Shown piece by piece: positions 34,151-42,839 of a stretch of DNA of 64,000 bases. The stretch lies in the IMG/VR virus record IMGVR_UViG_3300036859_000424. The stretch is one strand, 5' to 3'. How positions within the stretch are numbered: the first letter of the stretch is position 1; every line of letters starts with the position of its first letter. Both the position numbers and the translations under genes were made by a program. The notes under the pieces are model-generated. The model saw only the letters and a list, made by a program, of their open reading frames with translations. It did not search any database and was not told where the DNA came from. This DNA comes from a virus.

Positions 34151-34221
34151 ACCCTTCCTACAGGACGGCGCCTGACCGTTGCGAAATGTCGGAAAACATC
34201 TATACAACTTTGATAGATTCA

Positions 34222-34527
34222 TCAGGCCGGTTGACCCGGTCGCGACAGCAGCGCCCGGGTCAACTCATCGACTTTGGCGTGACTGCGGTCGATCTCGGCC
34301 TCCTGCCGCTCAATCAGATGGACGATGTTGCCCATCATCCGCTCACGCTCAGCGGCCCACATCGCTTCCCTGGCTGTGGCCAGCTCGTCACGGTACTCGA
34401 TCCGGGCGTCGTACAGGCTGAACACCTTGGCCAGTATCACCCCCATGAACCGCCACAGGACGATCACACCGGCCCCGAGAAACGCGACCGGCAGCCCGAC
34501 CCGCTCGGCCACGTCCAGCCACTCCAT
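34222..34527 (-). CDS. holin-like membrane protein
   Basis: N-terminal TM helix VGLPVAFLGAGVIVLWRFMGVIL plus coiled coil; directly after the endolysin. Confidence 0.65.
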   Translation of the reverse strand: MEWLDVAERVGLPVAFLGAGVIVLWRFMGVILAKVFSLYDARIEYRDELATAREAMWAAERERMMGNIVHLIERQEAEIDRSHAKVDELTRALLSRPGQPA

Positions 34528-34532
34528 CGCGA

Positions 34533-35882
34533 TCAGCCGCCAGGGTTCGGGTTGTTCGCGGCCAGGAAGTTGATGACGTTCTGGATCTCCTGGCGCATCG
34601 ACTCAACGTCGGTCTGGGCCTTCGCGCCTTCCAGGCCCAGTCGGACCGACCCGTCAGCGTTGTAGGCGACGCCGCACAAGGTCTGAAGGCTTTCGTAGCT
34701 CGGTGCTGTGTCAGTCACAGGTCCGCTCCCTTCGTAGCCGAACTCGGCAACGATCGTCTCGATGTCGACCAGCGCGTTGTTGTGGTCGCAGTCACCCCCC
34801 ACTCCCGGCACGCTCGCCGTTGCGCTGTCCTGCCAGATCTGGATGGTCGACCAGGGCGCCGGTGCCGATGGTGGCGGCGGTTCACGGTAGTTGGCGATCC
34901 AGAGCCCGAGACTGCCCAGGCTCAGATCGTTCGCCAGACCGTGCTCAGTAGCGAACGGACCGCCGGTGTAGATCATCGGCAACAGTCCGGTCAGAAGCTG
35001 CACCCGGTCAGCGAACGCCCTGGACCAGGCGGACAGATCACCATTCCCCCGCTCCAGATCCAGCACCAGCAGGTCGCCCGCGACCAGTGGCCCCTGTGCC
35101 AGCACTTGCTGACAGAAGTAGCTGGCTTCGGCGTCCGCCCCATCGGTCAGGTCCGGCCGGGCGAAGTGGTAGGCCCCCCGCTTCATCCCGACCCGGGGGA
35201 TCTCGGCCCAGTCACGGGCAAACTCCGGGTTCAGGTAGTCGATCGATTCGGTCGCCTTGACGATCGCGAACCGGTGGCCGGCGGCTGCGACCTGATCCCA
35301 GTCGACGTCCGGTTGGTGGCTGCTGACGTCGATCCCGGTCTGCCAGGTCGTCTGGGGCGGCGCCGCGTGATCCCAGCGAAGCGTGACCGCGCTCCACGGT
35401 CCTAGTGCGCCGAACTGGGATCGAGACAGCGTCTGGTAGACCCCCATGTAGCCGTTGGCGGAGTTGTGCAGCACCAGTGCGTCGGTCGGGGGATCGTAGG
35501 CCCGGATCCCGACCCAGTGGTAGAAGTTTCGGCCGCCGGCGCAGACCCCCTGGTCGGCCGACCCGACCTTGTCGATCAAGTCGTTGAACGTCACGCTCGG
35601 GAAGTTCTCGGAGAACAGCCCGTCCATGCCGTAATACTCGTTGTTCCAGGCCGCCATGCCGGCCCCGCTGGCGTCCATCAGGCCGTACTGGGGCGTCATC
35701 ACCCCCTCATCGATCCAGCTCCGGGTCATCCAGGCATCGCTGGGCGTGCGACCCCAGCCGCGCAGCATGTACTCGTCGGACTCCTGGCTACAGTCGTAGT
35801 CAGCGTCCTGCTGTTGCAGTGGTACCCACGGGTTGTAGGTCACGCTTGCCACGGTCGGGGCTGGTGCTACCGCGACGGACAT
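34533..35882 (-). CDS. endolysin: C39-like peptidase domain plus GH25 muramidase
   Basis: QQDADYDCSQ...FYHWVGI...HNS; GIDVSSHQ...FAIVKATES...GAYHFARP...LVLDLE...LWIANY...IWQ. Confidence 0.9.
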   Translation of the reverse strand: MSVAVAPAPTVASVTYNPWVPLQQQDADYDCSQESDEYMLRGWGRTPSDAWMTRSWIDEGVMTPQYGLMDASGAGMAAWNNEYYGMDGLFSENFPSVTFNDLIDKVGSADQGVCAGGRNFYHWVGIRAYDPPTDALVLHNSANGYMGVYQTLSRSQFGALGPWSAVTLRWDHAAPPQTTWQTGIDVSSHQPDVDWDQVAAAGHRFAIVKATESIDYLNPEFARDWAEIPRVGMKRGAYHFARPDLTDGADAEASYFCQQVLAQGPLVAGDLLVLDLERGNGDLSAWSRAFADRVQLLTGLLPMIYTGGPFATEHGLANDLSLGSLGLWIANYREPPPPSAPAPWSTIQIWQDSATASVPGVGGDCDHNNALVDIETIVAEFGYEGSGPVTDTAPSYESLQTLCGVAYNADGSVRLGLEGAKAQTDVESMRQEIQNVINFLAANNPNPGG

Positions 35883-35992
35883 GGCTGGCTCCCGTCGTAG
35901 TTCGTGAAGCAGAAGTAGGTGTCGTCCTCGCCGGCGGCCGCCAGCGCCGCCAGGGGCGCCGCCAGGCCCTGGGTGATTAGCTGGGGGTCCAC
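35867..35992 (-). CDS. 41-aa acidic peptide (DDTYFCFTNYDG)
   Basis: GTG-start ORF; paralogous tail to the ORF at 35977-36204. Confidence 0.45.
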   Translation of the reverse strand: MDPQLITQGLAAPLAALAAAGEDDTYFCFTNYDGSQPCPSR

Positions 35993-36204
35993 GGTGACCC
36001 CCCGTCGTAGTTCGTGAAGTAGAAGTAGGTGTCGTCATCGCCGTCGTCGGCGGCCGCGTCAGCGGCGTCGATCCGGTCAAGCGTGGGCCAGAAGATCTCC
36101 GGCTTGATGTCGATCAGCACCTGTTCCCATTCCCCGAAGGCGGGGCACCGCGCCGGCATCGGGGCGATCCGGGAGCCAGAGTCGTGGGGGGTGGACGGCA
36201 TCAC
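35977..36204 (-). CDS. small acidic protein (DDTYFYFTNYDG)
   Basis: About 45-bp direct repeat shared with the next ORF; overlaps the C39 gene tail. Confidence 0.45.
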   Translation of the reverse strand: MMPSTPHDSGSRIAPMPARCPAFGEWEQVLIDIKPEIFWPTLDRIDAADAAADDGDDDTYFYFTNYDGGSPWTPS

Positions 36205-36676
36205 CCAGTCCTTTCGGGAGGACGCGCACCATCACCAGGGGACGGAGTGCGTCAAAGCGTGCCCGTGTCAGGACCCGGGCGACCCCCAGCCAGGGAGACC
36301 GCAGGGGGTTCGCCAGAATCAGCGCGCGTAGCTCCGGGCTGTAGGCCCGGACCGCAGCATAATGCTGCCATCCCAAGCCGCCCAGCACCAGGGGCCAGCG
36401 GCCGGCTTCCAGCGCGACCTCGTCAAAGCTGACGCCGTCGACGTAGCTGGCTGAGATGTCAAGCTCCTGGCTGGCGAAGTGGGCCAACTCGGCCCCGGTC
36501 TTGTCGACCAGGTTGCCGTGCGGCGAGATGATCTGCTGGCGTAGCACCAGCCGTTCAGCCGCCCGCCGCCCGACCGGCTGGCCCAGCGACGCCGCGCACC
36601 AGCGCAGGCTGGTGACGAAACATGACCAGCCGTTCACCTGGCGGATCGCCGGCAGCCGCGCGTCGAACTCAATCAC
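36077..36676 (-). CDS. stand-alone C39-like peptidase, paralogue of the endolysin N-domain
   Basis: IRQVNGWSCF...WQHYAAVRAY...LANP; C-terminal about 40 aa look like read-through. Confidence 0.75.
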   Translation of the reverse strand: MIEFDARLPAIRQVNGWSCFVTSLRWCAASLGQPVGRRAAERLVLRQQIISPHGNLVDKTGAELAHFASQELDISASYVDGVSFDEVALEAGRWPLVLGGLGWQHYAAVRAYSPELRALILANPLRSPWLGVARVLTRARFDALRPLVMVRVLPKGLGDAVHPPRLWLPDRPDAGAVPRLRGMGTGADRHQAGDLLAHA

Positions 36677-36682
36677 GATCGG

Positions 36683-37294
36683 TCACGACATGCTGGGGGC
36701 CGCCCGCCCCGCCGACGTCATCTCCTGGATATCCGCGAAGATCCCGACCGACTCCGGAAACAGGACCAGGCCCCAGGTCGCCCCGTTGTTGCTGGACCGC
36801 CAGATGCCGGTCTGAAAGAGATCTTCGGCCCCCGGCCCGACCCACCAGATCCCGCTGCCCAGGCCGAAGTAGGCGATCTGGATACTGCCGTGCTTGCCGG
36901 AGATGTCGGTCGGCCATTCATGCACCTTCTCGAAGGTCGCGCCGCCGTCGATCGACCGCCAGATCTGGGCGACGTCGCTGTCGACCGGGCCGCTGTTCTC
37001 GATACAGACCACGATGACGGTCAGCCCCTTGCTTGCCGACCCGCTGTAGGTCAGGTACGGCCCGACCTCGCCGGGCTCCGGGGTCCCTTCAACGAACGAC
37101 TCCGGCAGTGACGCGACGTCAGTCGGGCTGCCGCCGACGATCTTGACGACCGGCGCCGGCGTGATCAGCGTCCCGTTCGATGCCGTTGAATCGACCGCCA
37201 GGACCCCGTCCGAACACGGCCCGATCAACTGCCCGAACTCCAACACCCTGGTGCCGACGCCGCCGGCGATCGGCGCCACCCACACTCCGGTCAC
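36683..37294 (-). CDS. minor tail protein with Asp-box (BNR) repeats
   Basis: WRSIDGGATF and WRSSNNGATW. Confidence 0.75.
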   Translation of the reverse strand: MTGVWVAPIAGGVGTRVLEFGQLIGPCSDGVLAVDSTASNGTLITPAPVVKIVGGSPTDVASLPESFVEGTPEPGEVGPYLTYSGSASKGLTVIVVCIENSGPVDSDVAQIWRSIDGGATFEKVHEWPTDISGKHGSIQIAYFGLGSGIWWVGPGAEDLFQTGIWRSSNNGATWGLVLFPESVGIFADIQEMTSAGRAAPSMS

Positions 37295-37298
37295 AGGC

Positions 37299-37820
37299 TC
37301 ACTCCTCCAGTGGAATCGTCACAAAGTAGATCTCGGTCGGGGTGACCAGGAAGGTGTCGATCGCCTGCGGCCCGGGGTCGCCGGGTGGCGGGTCCGGCGG
37401 GGCCGCCACCCGTTCGACGTACTCGCCGAAGTTGATCGCTTCAAAGATCGCGGTGTCTGACGCGGCCCAGTGGCGGCCGGCACCGGTCTGGATCTGCACC
37501 CCAAGCGCGCTGAACTGGTTGTCGGTCTCGCCGAACGCCAGCCCGCCATCGTCGCTCCGGTAGTGGAAGTGCAGGTAGGGCTCGCCGCCTTCGGCCACGA
37601 TCTCGACCCGCCCCTGTTCTTCCAGGCTGGACAGGAACGTGTAGCCGCCGTCGGTCGGGATCGGCGGCAGCGTCGCCTCGATCTGTTTGATCTCGCCGGT
37701 CCCGTTGCCGGCGATGCCCTTGTACAGCCCGTCGCCGATGAACATATAGACTTCAGCGTCGATATCCGGCCAGGCCGGGACGGCCCATTCGGCGTGCCGC
37801 ACACCCAGGAAGCCGGCCAT
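37299..37820 (-). CDS. minor tail protein
   Basis: TGATG coupling at 37820; YRSDDGG Asp-box-like motif. Confidence 0.7.
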   Translation of the reverse strand: MAGFLGVRHAEWAVPAWPDIDAEVYMFIGDGLYKGIAGNGTGEIKQIEATLPPIPTDGGYTFLSSLEEQGRVEIVAEGGEPYLHFHYRSDDGGLAFGETDNQFSALGVQIQTGAGRHWAASDTAIFEAINFGEYVERVAAPPDPPPGDPGPQAIDTFLVTPTEIYFVTIPLEE

Positions 37821-40015
37821 CAGGTGTTGCTCCAGGAGACCAGGCTGAACTGCCCGCCGCCGGTAGAGAGGCCCCGGGCGTACGGCCCGACTTCGGTCGC
37901 GGCTGTCAGGATGCCGGACAGGTCGTGGATCGACAGCGACTGCCAGACCCGGCCGTCCATGCTCCACCAGACCTGGAAGTTGACGTTGTCGGTCGTCCGG
38001 AGCCGGAACCAGATCGGGTGCAGGCTGAACAGATCCTGGCTGAACAGCGTGGTTGGCAGGGTCACGGTGCCGGTCGAGGAGACGACCCTGGCTTCAAAAT
38101 GATCGGTGTCGTAGGCGATCTCGACGCCGGCGTAGCCGCCGCCAGATCCGGTCAGCATGACGCCGACCGCCGCGTCGGTGTCAGGCGAGAGCGTCGGCAC
38201 GATGAACGCCGCGATGTCCCAGGTCGGGCTCGGAACGTTGCGTCGCCAGCCGACCATCTCGGTGCCAGTGCCGCCCTTCTGGGCGGTGAAGGCGCCGAAG
38301 TTCGCGGCGTTCCAGCCACCGGTGCTGCCAAAGGTGAACCAGCCGGATGTGCCGACCGGCGAGACGATCGGGCGGGTGTAGCCCGGCACCAGGGTCAGCA
38401 TCTCGATCGCGCCGCCGCTGCCGACCCCAAGGACGGTGCCGGCCCCGCCGTCGGTCACCGAGAACCGCTCCGGCGCGCCGCTGGCCCCGCCGACGATGAT
38501 GTCGCCGGCGTCGGTCATCGGGTTGGCAAAGCCACCCCCGGACCCCGGCGCGCCCCAGAACGGCCGCCCGCTGCCGTCAAGCTGAAGCACGTCGCTCTCA
38601 GTGAAACTGCTGGGGAGACGGACTGGGGCGCCGGCGGCCGCGCCGTCGTACAGGTAAAACTCTGTGATCCGCCAGCCGTTGGCGCCGCCGCTAACCCCCA
38701 GCAGCCGCCAGCGCTGGGCCGTGGCCGGGGTGTCCAGGATGACCAGGCCGGTCCCGAACGACGACCCCTGACCGGTCTGGGTGTTGGCCACCTGCCAGGT
38801 GGCCCCGTCCCAATACTCCAGGTCGTACTCGTCAGCCCGGAAGCCGGCCCCGGTCTCGTTGGTCACCACCTCAAAGGCGACGATCTCGATCGGGGACCCC
38901 AGATCGATCTCGACCCAGCCGCCGTCCGCCGGGCCGGCACCCTGGTCCCAGAAGGTGTCGAAATCGGCGTCATGAACGTTGTCGGGGCTGGACCCGGCTT
39001 CGGTCGATGACGCGGTCGCCGTCGCTGGGTCCAGGTGTGAGACGGCGCTGTACGGCTCGCCAGGCACAGCGCCGTAGATCATGTCGAACGGGGCGATCAT
39101 CGGGTTGGTCAGGCCACCGCCGCTGCCACCTTCACCGGGTGGGCCAGCGGGTCCGGTCGGTCCGGCCGGGCCGGTAGCTCCGACAGCTCCGGTGTCACCC
39201 TTCGCCGCCAGCAGGCCCCAGTAGAGAGCTGCGGGCGGTTCCTGGTTGACGTGGGCCAGGATGCACAGGTAGCTGGACCCTTCGTGGCTGACGGCGTCGA
39301 ACAGGGCGTAGGTCTGGGCGCTGTTCCAGTCCCCCTGCCAGACGATGCTGCCGCCGCTGCCACCGCCACCGGTCGCGGCCGTCCACAGCTCGATCGTGTT
39401 CACGACCCAGAAGTGGCCGACGTCGGCGCCGGCGAGTCCGTACAGGCGCCAGTAGCGGGCGGTGACGGCGACCGGCAGGGCGACCTTGCCGGTGTCGGTG
39501 AACGGTCCGGTGATCGTGACCTGGTCGGTCCAGATGACGTCATCGGTGCTGCTTTGCAGCTTCGCCGACGTCGCCCGGTTGGCGATCGACTCCGGGCTGT
39601 TCAAGACCCGGTATTCGGCGATCGTCTCGGCCGTCCCGAGATCGATCCTGACCCATTCGTCGGACGCGTCGTTGGGGAAGGCGCCAGCCCAGCTTGTCCC
39701 GTCGTCACCGTCGATCGTCAAGCCGGGGACGCGCTCCGGGCCACTAGCATTCTGTGAACTGGCCGTGGCGACAGCGCCGGCGGTCGCCAGGGCGACGTTC
39801 TCGCCGGGCGTGCCCCCGCCGCCGCCGCCGCCGATGCTGACCGGCCCGACCGGCAGCCATTCGTCGTCGCTCTCCGATCGGACCTTCAGTCGGTACGGCA
39901 CGCCGCCCGACGTGTCGACCCAGAAGATCTTCGCCCGGACGTCCTCGTCGGTCGGTTCTTCGGACTGGACGAACGCGGCCAGGTGGATGTCGTTCAGCTC
40001 AGCGTGATCGGCCAT
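37820..40015 (-). CDS. receptor-binding protein: two F5/8 type C (discoidin) domains, short collagen, WxGxW module, beta-sandwich tip
   Basis: NVALAT...ATASSQ...IDGDDGTSW...WVRIDLG...ARYWRL and a second copy. Confidence 0.85.
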   Translation of the reverse strand: MADHAELNDIHLAAFVQSEEPTDEDVRAKIFWVDTSGGVPYRLKVRSESDDEWLPVGPVSIGGGGGGGTPGENVALATAGAVATASSQNASGPERVPGLTIDGDDGTSWAGAFPNDASDEWVRIDLGTAETIAEYRVLNSPESIANRATSAKLQSSTDDVIWTDQVTITGPFTDTGKVALPVAVTARYWRLYGLAGADVGHFWVVNTIELWTAATGGGGSGGSIVWQGDWNSAQTYALFDAVSHEGSSYLCILAHVNQEPPAALYWGLLAAKGDTGAVGATGPAGPTGPAGPPGEGGSGGGLTNPMIAPFDMIYGAVPGEPYSAVSHLDPATATASSTEAGSSPDNVHDADFDTFWDQGAGPADGGWVEIDLGSPIEIVAFEVVTNETGAGFRADEYDLEYWDGATWQVANTQTGQGSSFGTGLVILDTPATAQRWRLLGVSGGANGWRITEFYLYDGAAAGAPVRLPSSFTESDVLQLDGSGRPFWGAPGSGGGFANPMTDAGDIIVGGASGAPERFSVTDGGAGTVLGVGSGGAIEMLTLVPGYTRPIVSPVGTSGWFTFGSTGGWNAANFGAFTAQKGGTGTEMVGWRRNVPSPTWDIAAFIVPTLSPDTDAAVGVMLTGSGGGYAGVEIAYDTDHFEARVVSSTGTVTLPTTLFSQDLFSLHPIWFRLRTTDNVNFQVWWSMDGRVWQSLSIHDLSGILTAATEVGPYARGLSTGGGQFSLVSWSNT

Positions 40016-40071
40016 CTCAGGACGCCGGACCTGTGCTGTGACCGGCCATTGCCGAGAACAGGCTGTTGACG

Positions 40072-40626
40072 TCAGCGGGTGTGTGGGCAGTACCCGTAGC
40101 GCCCGAGGGCGAAGTTACAGTTGGCGCAGAGCACCCGGTAGCCCTCCGGAAAACCGTTCCGCCGGAGCCAGTAAAAGACGCCGGTCGACCCGCGAGACCC
40201 AGACTGGGCGCGCTGAACTCCTCCACCGCCGTTGACGTGGTCAAGCTGCAAGAACTCGTCGGCGGTCTCGTCACAGCAGGCGCAGTGGGGCTCGCCGCCG
40301 GCGTAGTGGGATAGGACGAGTCGGCGGATTGCGATGGCGGCTGCGCGCGTCTCACGGTTCCGTTGATCTCGCCAGTCGGGATCGCTGGCGTACCGGCGCC
40401 GGTTGCGGGCTGCGTTGTCGGTGTAGACGGCGTCCTTGTTCGCCTCGACATAGGCGCGTCGGGCGGCCAGTTTCTGCTCGCGGTTGGCGGCATAGTAGCG
40501 TTTGGATCGCGCACTGTCACACTGCTTGCAGACGGCAGCAACGCCGAAGCGCCCGCCCGGCTTCCTGGGGAAGTCGTTGTCGGTATCTTTCGGTTTCTCG
40601 CAGGCACGACAGACCTTGATCGGCAT
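40072..40626 (-). CDS. HNH-type endonuclease, putative homing endonuclease 2
   Basis: CRAC...CKQC zinc finger; HCACC...LQLDHVNG...VLCANCN. Confidence 0.85.
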   Translation of the reverse strand: MPIKVCRACEKPKDTDNDFPRKPGGRFGVAAVCKQCDSARSKRYYAANREQKLAARRAYVEANKDAVYTDNAARNRRRYASDPDWRDQRNRETRAAAIAIRRLVLSHYAGGEPHCACCDETADEFLQLDHVNGGGGVQRAQSGSRGSTGVFYWLRRNGFPEGYRVLCANCNFALGRYGYCPHTR

Positions 40627-40669
40627 GCGGCCAGTGTACTAGGCATGTTGTGCTCCTCGCACTGTATGT

Positions 40670-40972
40670 TCACGACGTTGGGCCTGTGCTGTGACCCGCC
40701 ATCGCACTGAAGAGGCTGTTGACGGTGAACTCTAGATCGCCATCGACGCTCTCGGCCGTGATGGCCGGGTTGCCGGCGACCGCCATCGCCATCGGGCCGG
40801 AGGCGCTGGCCGGGTTGTTCAGCGCGTAGGTCGCGTAGGTCGCGCGCAAGTCGTGCCCGTCGACATTCTGGACTTCGGCCATCACGGCCGTTGACGCCTT
40901 GATCAGCGCCATCTCGACCCGGGCGCGGAAGGCCGGGTCGACCCCAAGTGCGTACTGGTCAGCGAACGCCAT
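40670..40972 (-). CDS. virion-associated hypothetical protein
   Basis: Coupled in the tail operon; its 3' end is duplicated at 40017-40070. Confidence 0.8.
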   Translation of the reverse strand: MAFADQYALGVDPAFRARVEMALIKASTAVMAEVQNVDGHDLRATYATYALNNPASASGPMAMAVAGNPAITAESVDGDLEFTVNSLFSAMAGHSTGPTS

Positions 40973-41316
40973 CAGATCTCTCCCAGGGTCAGCTTTGCGA
41001 GCGCGGCGTAGGCCGGGTCGGTCGCCGCCCGCTGTTGCACGACCGTCAGCAGTTCTTCCCGATCGCGATCAGGGTAGGTCTGGGCCGGCGTCAGGGCCGG
41101 GCTGTGGGCACCGATCACGGCCTGGACGGCTGCCAGCAGCGCCGGGTCGTCGTCCGGCAGGTGGATGTAGGTCTCGCCGAGATCAGGATTCCAGGACAGC
41201 GAGACCAGGCTGGACGCCCGGCCATCCGGCGCTGGCGGTCCGACCGCTTCGGGCAGCGCCTGGAGATCGGTCAGCAGTCGGTCACGGTTGACCGGGTCGG
41301 TGATGGTGATCTGCAT
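40972..41316 (-). CDS. tail-fibre chaperone-like protein
   Basis: Follows a fibre gene; LLAAVQAVIGAHSP pattern. Confidence 0.6.
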   Translation of the reverse strand: MQITITDPVNRDRLLTDLQALPEAVGPPAPDGRASSLVSLSWNPDLGETYIHLPDDDPALLAAVQAVIGAHSPALTPAQTYPDRDREELLTVVQQRAATDPAYAALAKLTLGEI

Positions 41317-41317
41317 C

Positions 41318-42553
41318 TCAGTCTCCCAGCCGATCGGCTTTCAAGTAGGTGCCGTTGTAGTGGATGCCGATAGCGGTGGCCGGGCCTTGCGTGAGGTAGG
41401 CGTTCATGACGATCGTCTCGCCGCCGGCGAAGTAGGCGGTCTCAGAAAACTGGGGCACCACATAGGCGCCGTTGTTCTGGTAGCTACCAACCCCCGGCTC
41501 GCCATTGGCCCCGTTGATCAGGAAGCCGCCGCTGATCGAGAAGTAGGCGGTAAAGTTGCCGACCCCGCCGGTCGTTTGATGGCTGTAAATCTGCCCGGTG
41601 ACCCGGTAGCGGCCCGGGGTCTGGATCAACAGACCGTTGCCGCTGGCCATGTTGTCGTTGTCGACCATCACCTGCGAGAGCGGCAGGGCCGCTGGCGTGC
41701 TGCTGATCGTCATGAAGTTGGTGCCCGCCCACTTCACGCATCTCGGCGCCCGCTGAACGCTCGTCGAACTGGCGCCACTGAACATCGGCGGGATTGCCGG
41801 CGGCAGGATCTTCGGGACGAACGAGCCTTCAACCAGCGCCGCGTTGTCGACAAACACGTTCACGCCGCTGGCGTTCACGAACAGCTCAACCCCAACCGCG
41901 ATGACGCCGCCGGGTGGGCCGCTGCACTGCTGGATCAGGGTCTCCCACTGGTTGGTCAGGGTGTTCGATGGCCCGTAGGTCGTCGTGACACCGTTCCAGT
42001 AGAACGGCCGGGCCGCGCTGGGGACGGCCGCGTTGACCCGGAACCGGGTCGCAAACGCCTTGTTGCGCAGATGCTTGACCAGGCGCGGTGGCAGCCACTG
42101 GGCCAGTTGCTGCACGCCGTTCATGCCGACTTTGGACAGACGCAGCGCGGTCTCGCCGCCGTACGCCGTGTCGACGGTGGTGCCCTGCAACAGGACGTTG
42201 GCGGCGTCCGACGCATGGCCCTTCAGCGCCAGCCAGCCGGGCACGGCCGGCGTGTAGGCGGTGGTCGTCAGCGCCAGCACACCGGTCGTGCCCCCATCCT
42301 CAAACGACGGGTTCGCCAGGTAGTTCGCCACTGGTGCGCCCTGATACAGCGAGAACTCATCCGGCGCCCCTGGTGGCGTCAGCGAGATCGTCGTGTTGTC
42401 GACCTCAAGGGTCTTCAGCCCGTCAAGCCGCAGCTCCGGCAGCTTCGCGTCTGGCAGTGTCACGATGCTGGCGCCGGCCGGGGCCGTGGCCAGCGGCTGA
42501 CCGTAGGCCAGGATGCGGCGGTCCGACGTGCGGACCTGGACGTCGACGCTCAT
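41318..42553 (-). CDS. tail fibre / carbohydrate-binding minor tail protein
   Basis: NYLANPSFEDG CBM-like start; LIQTPGRYRVTGQI C1q-like tip. Confidence 0.75.
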   Translation of the reverse strand: MSVDVQVRTSDRRILAYGQPLATAPAGASIVTLPDAKLPELRLDGLKTLEVDNTTISLTPPGAPDEFSLYQGAPVANYLANPSFEDGGTTGVLALTTTAYTPAVPGWLALKGHASDAANVLLQGTTVDTAYGGETALRLSKVGMNGVQQLAQWLPPRLVKHLRNKAFATRFRVNAAVPSAARPFYWNGVTTTYGPSNTLTNQWETLIQQCSGPPGGVIAVGVELFVNASGVNVFVDNAALVEGSFVPKILPPAIPPMFSGASSTSVQRAPRCVKWAGTNFMTISSTPAALPLSQVMVDNDNMASGNGLLIQTPGRYRVTGQIYSHQTTGGVGNFTAYFSISGGFLINGANGEPGVGSYQNNGAYVVPQFSETAYFAGGETIVMNAYLTQGPATAIGIHYNGTYLKADRLGD

Positions 42554-42831
42554 GACGCTGGTCCGTACAACAGGGTCGCAAGCTCCGGGTCGGACCGGCG
42601 CACCCGGGCGATCGTCTCCTCCTGCTCACGCTCGCCGATCGTCGGGACCAGCACGACCGGGATGACCGTGACCTCGCCATTCTCGGCGATGTACTTGACC
42701 CCTGGTGCTGCCAGCGCCGCTTCCTGCGCCGGCGTCAGGGTGACCAGCACCAGATCGGGATCGACGGGGTCGGCACTCCATTCCCCCAGCGCGACGACCT
42801 GCCGGTCGGAGAGTCTGACCAGGGCTTGCAT
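42550..42831 (-). CDS. tail-fibre chaperone-like protein
   Basis: Paralogous to the N-terminus of 41318-42553 (VRLSDRQVVALG vs VRTSDRRILAYG). Confidence 0.65.
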   Translation of the reverse strand: MQALVRLSDRQVVALGEWSADPVDPDLVLVTLTPAQEAALAAPGVKYIAENGEVTVIPVVLVPTIGEREQEETIARVRRSDPELATLLYGPAS

Positions 42832-42839
42832 CTCGCCTC

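Noticed and set aside
33464-34220. tRNA, tmRNA, attP or dif site in the non-coding block; ORF 33599-33988
   Set aside because: No T-loop/CCA cloverleaf or tmRNA ends, no integrase or recognisable Xer site. The ORF has no RBS and low-complexity composition.
40017-40646. Alternative-frame ORF with a good RBS (GAGGAG, ATG 40646) running through HNH 2 into the old gene tail
   Set aside because: The product has no recognisable features, while the other frame is a clear nuclease with a leaderless promoter. It is probably chance, though it could compete for translation.
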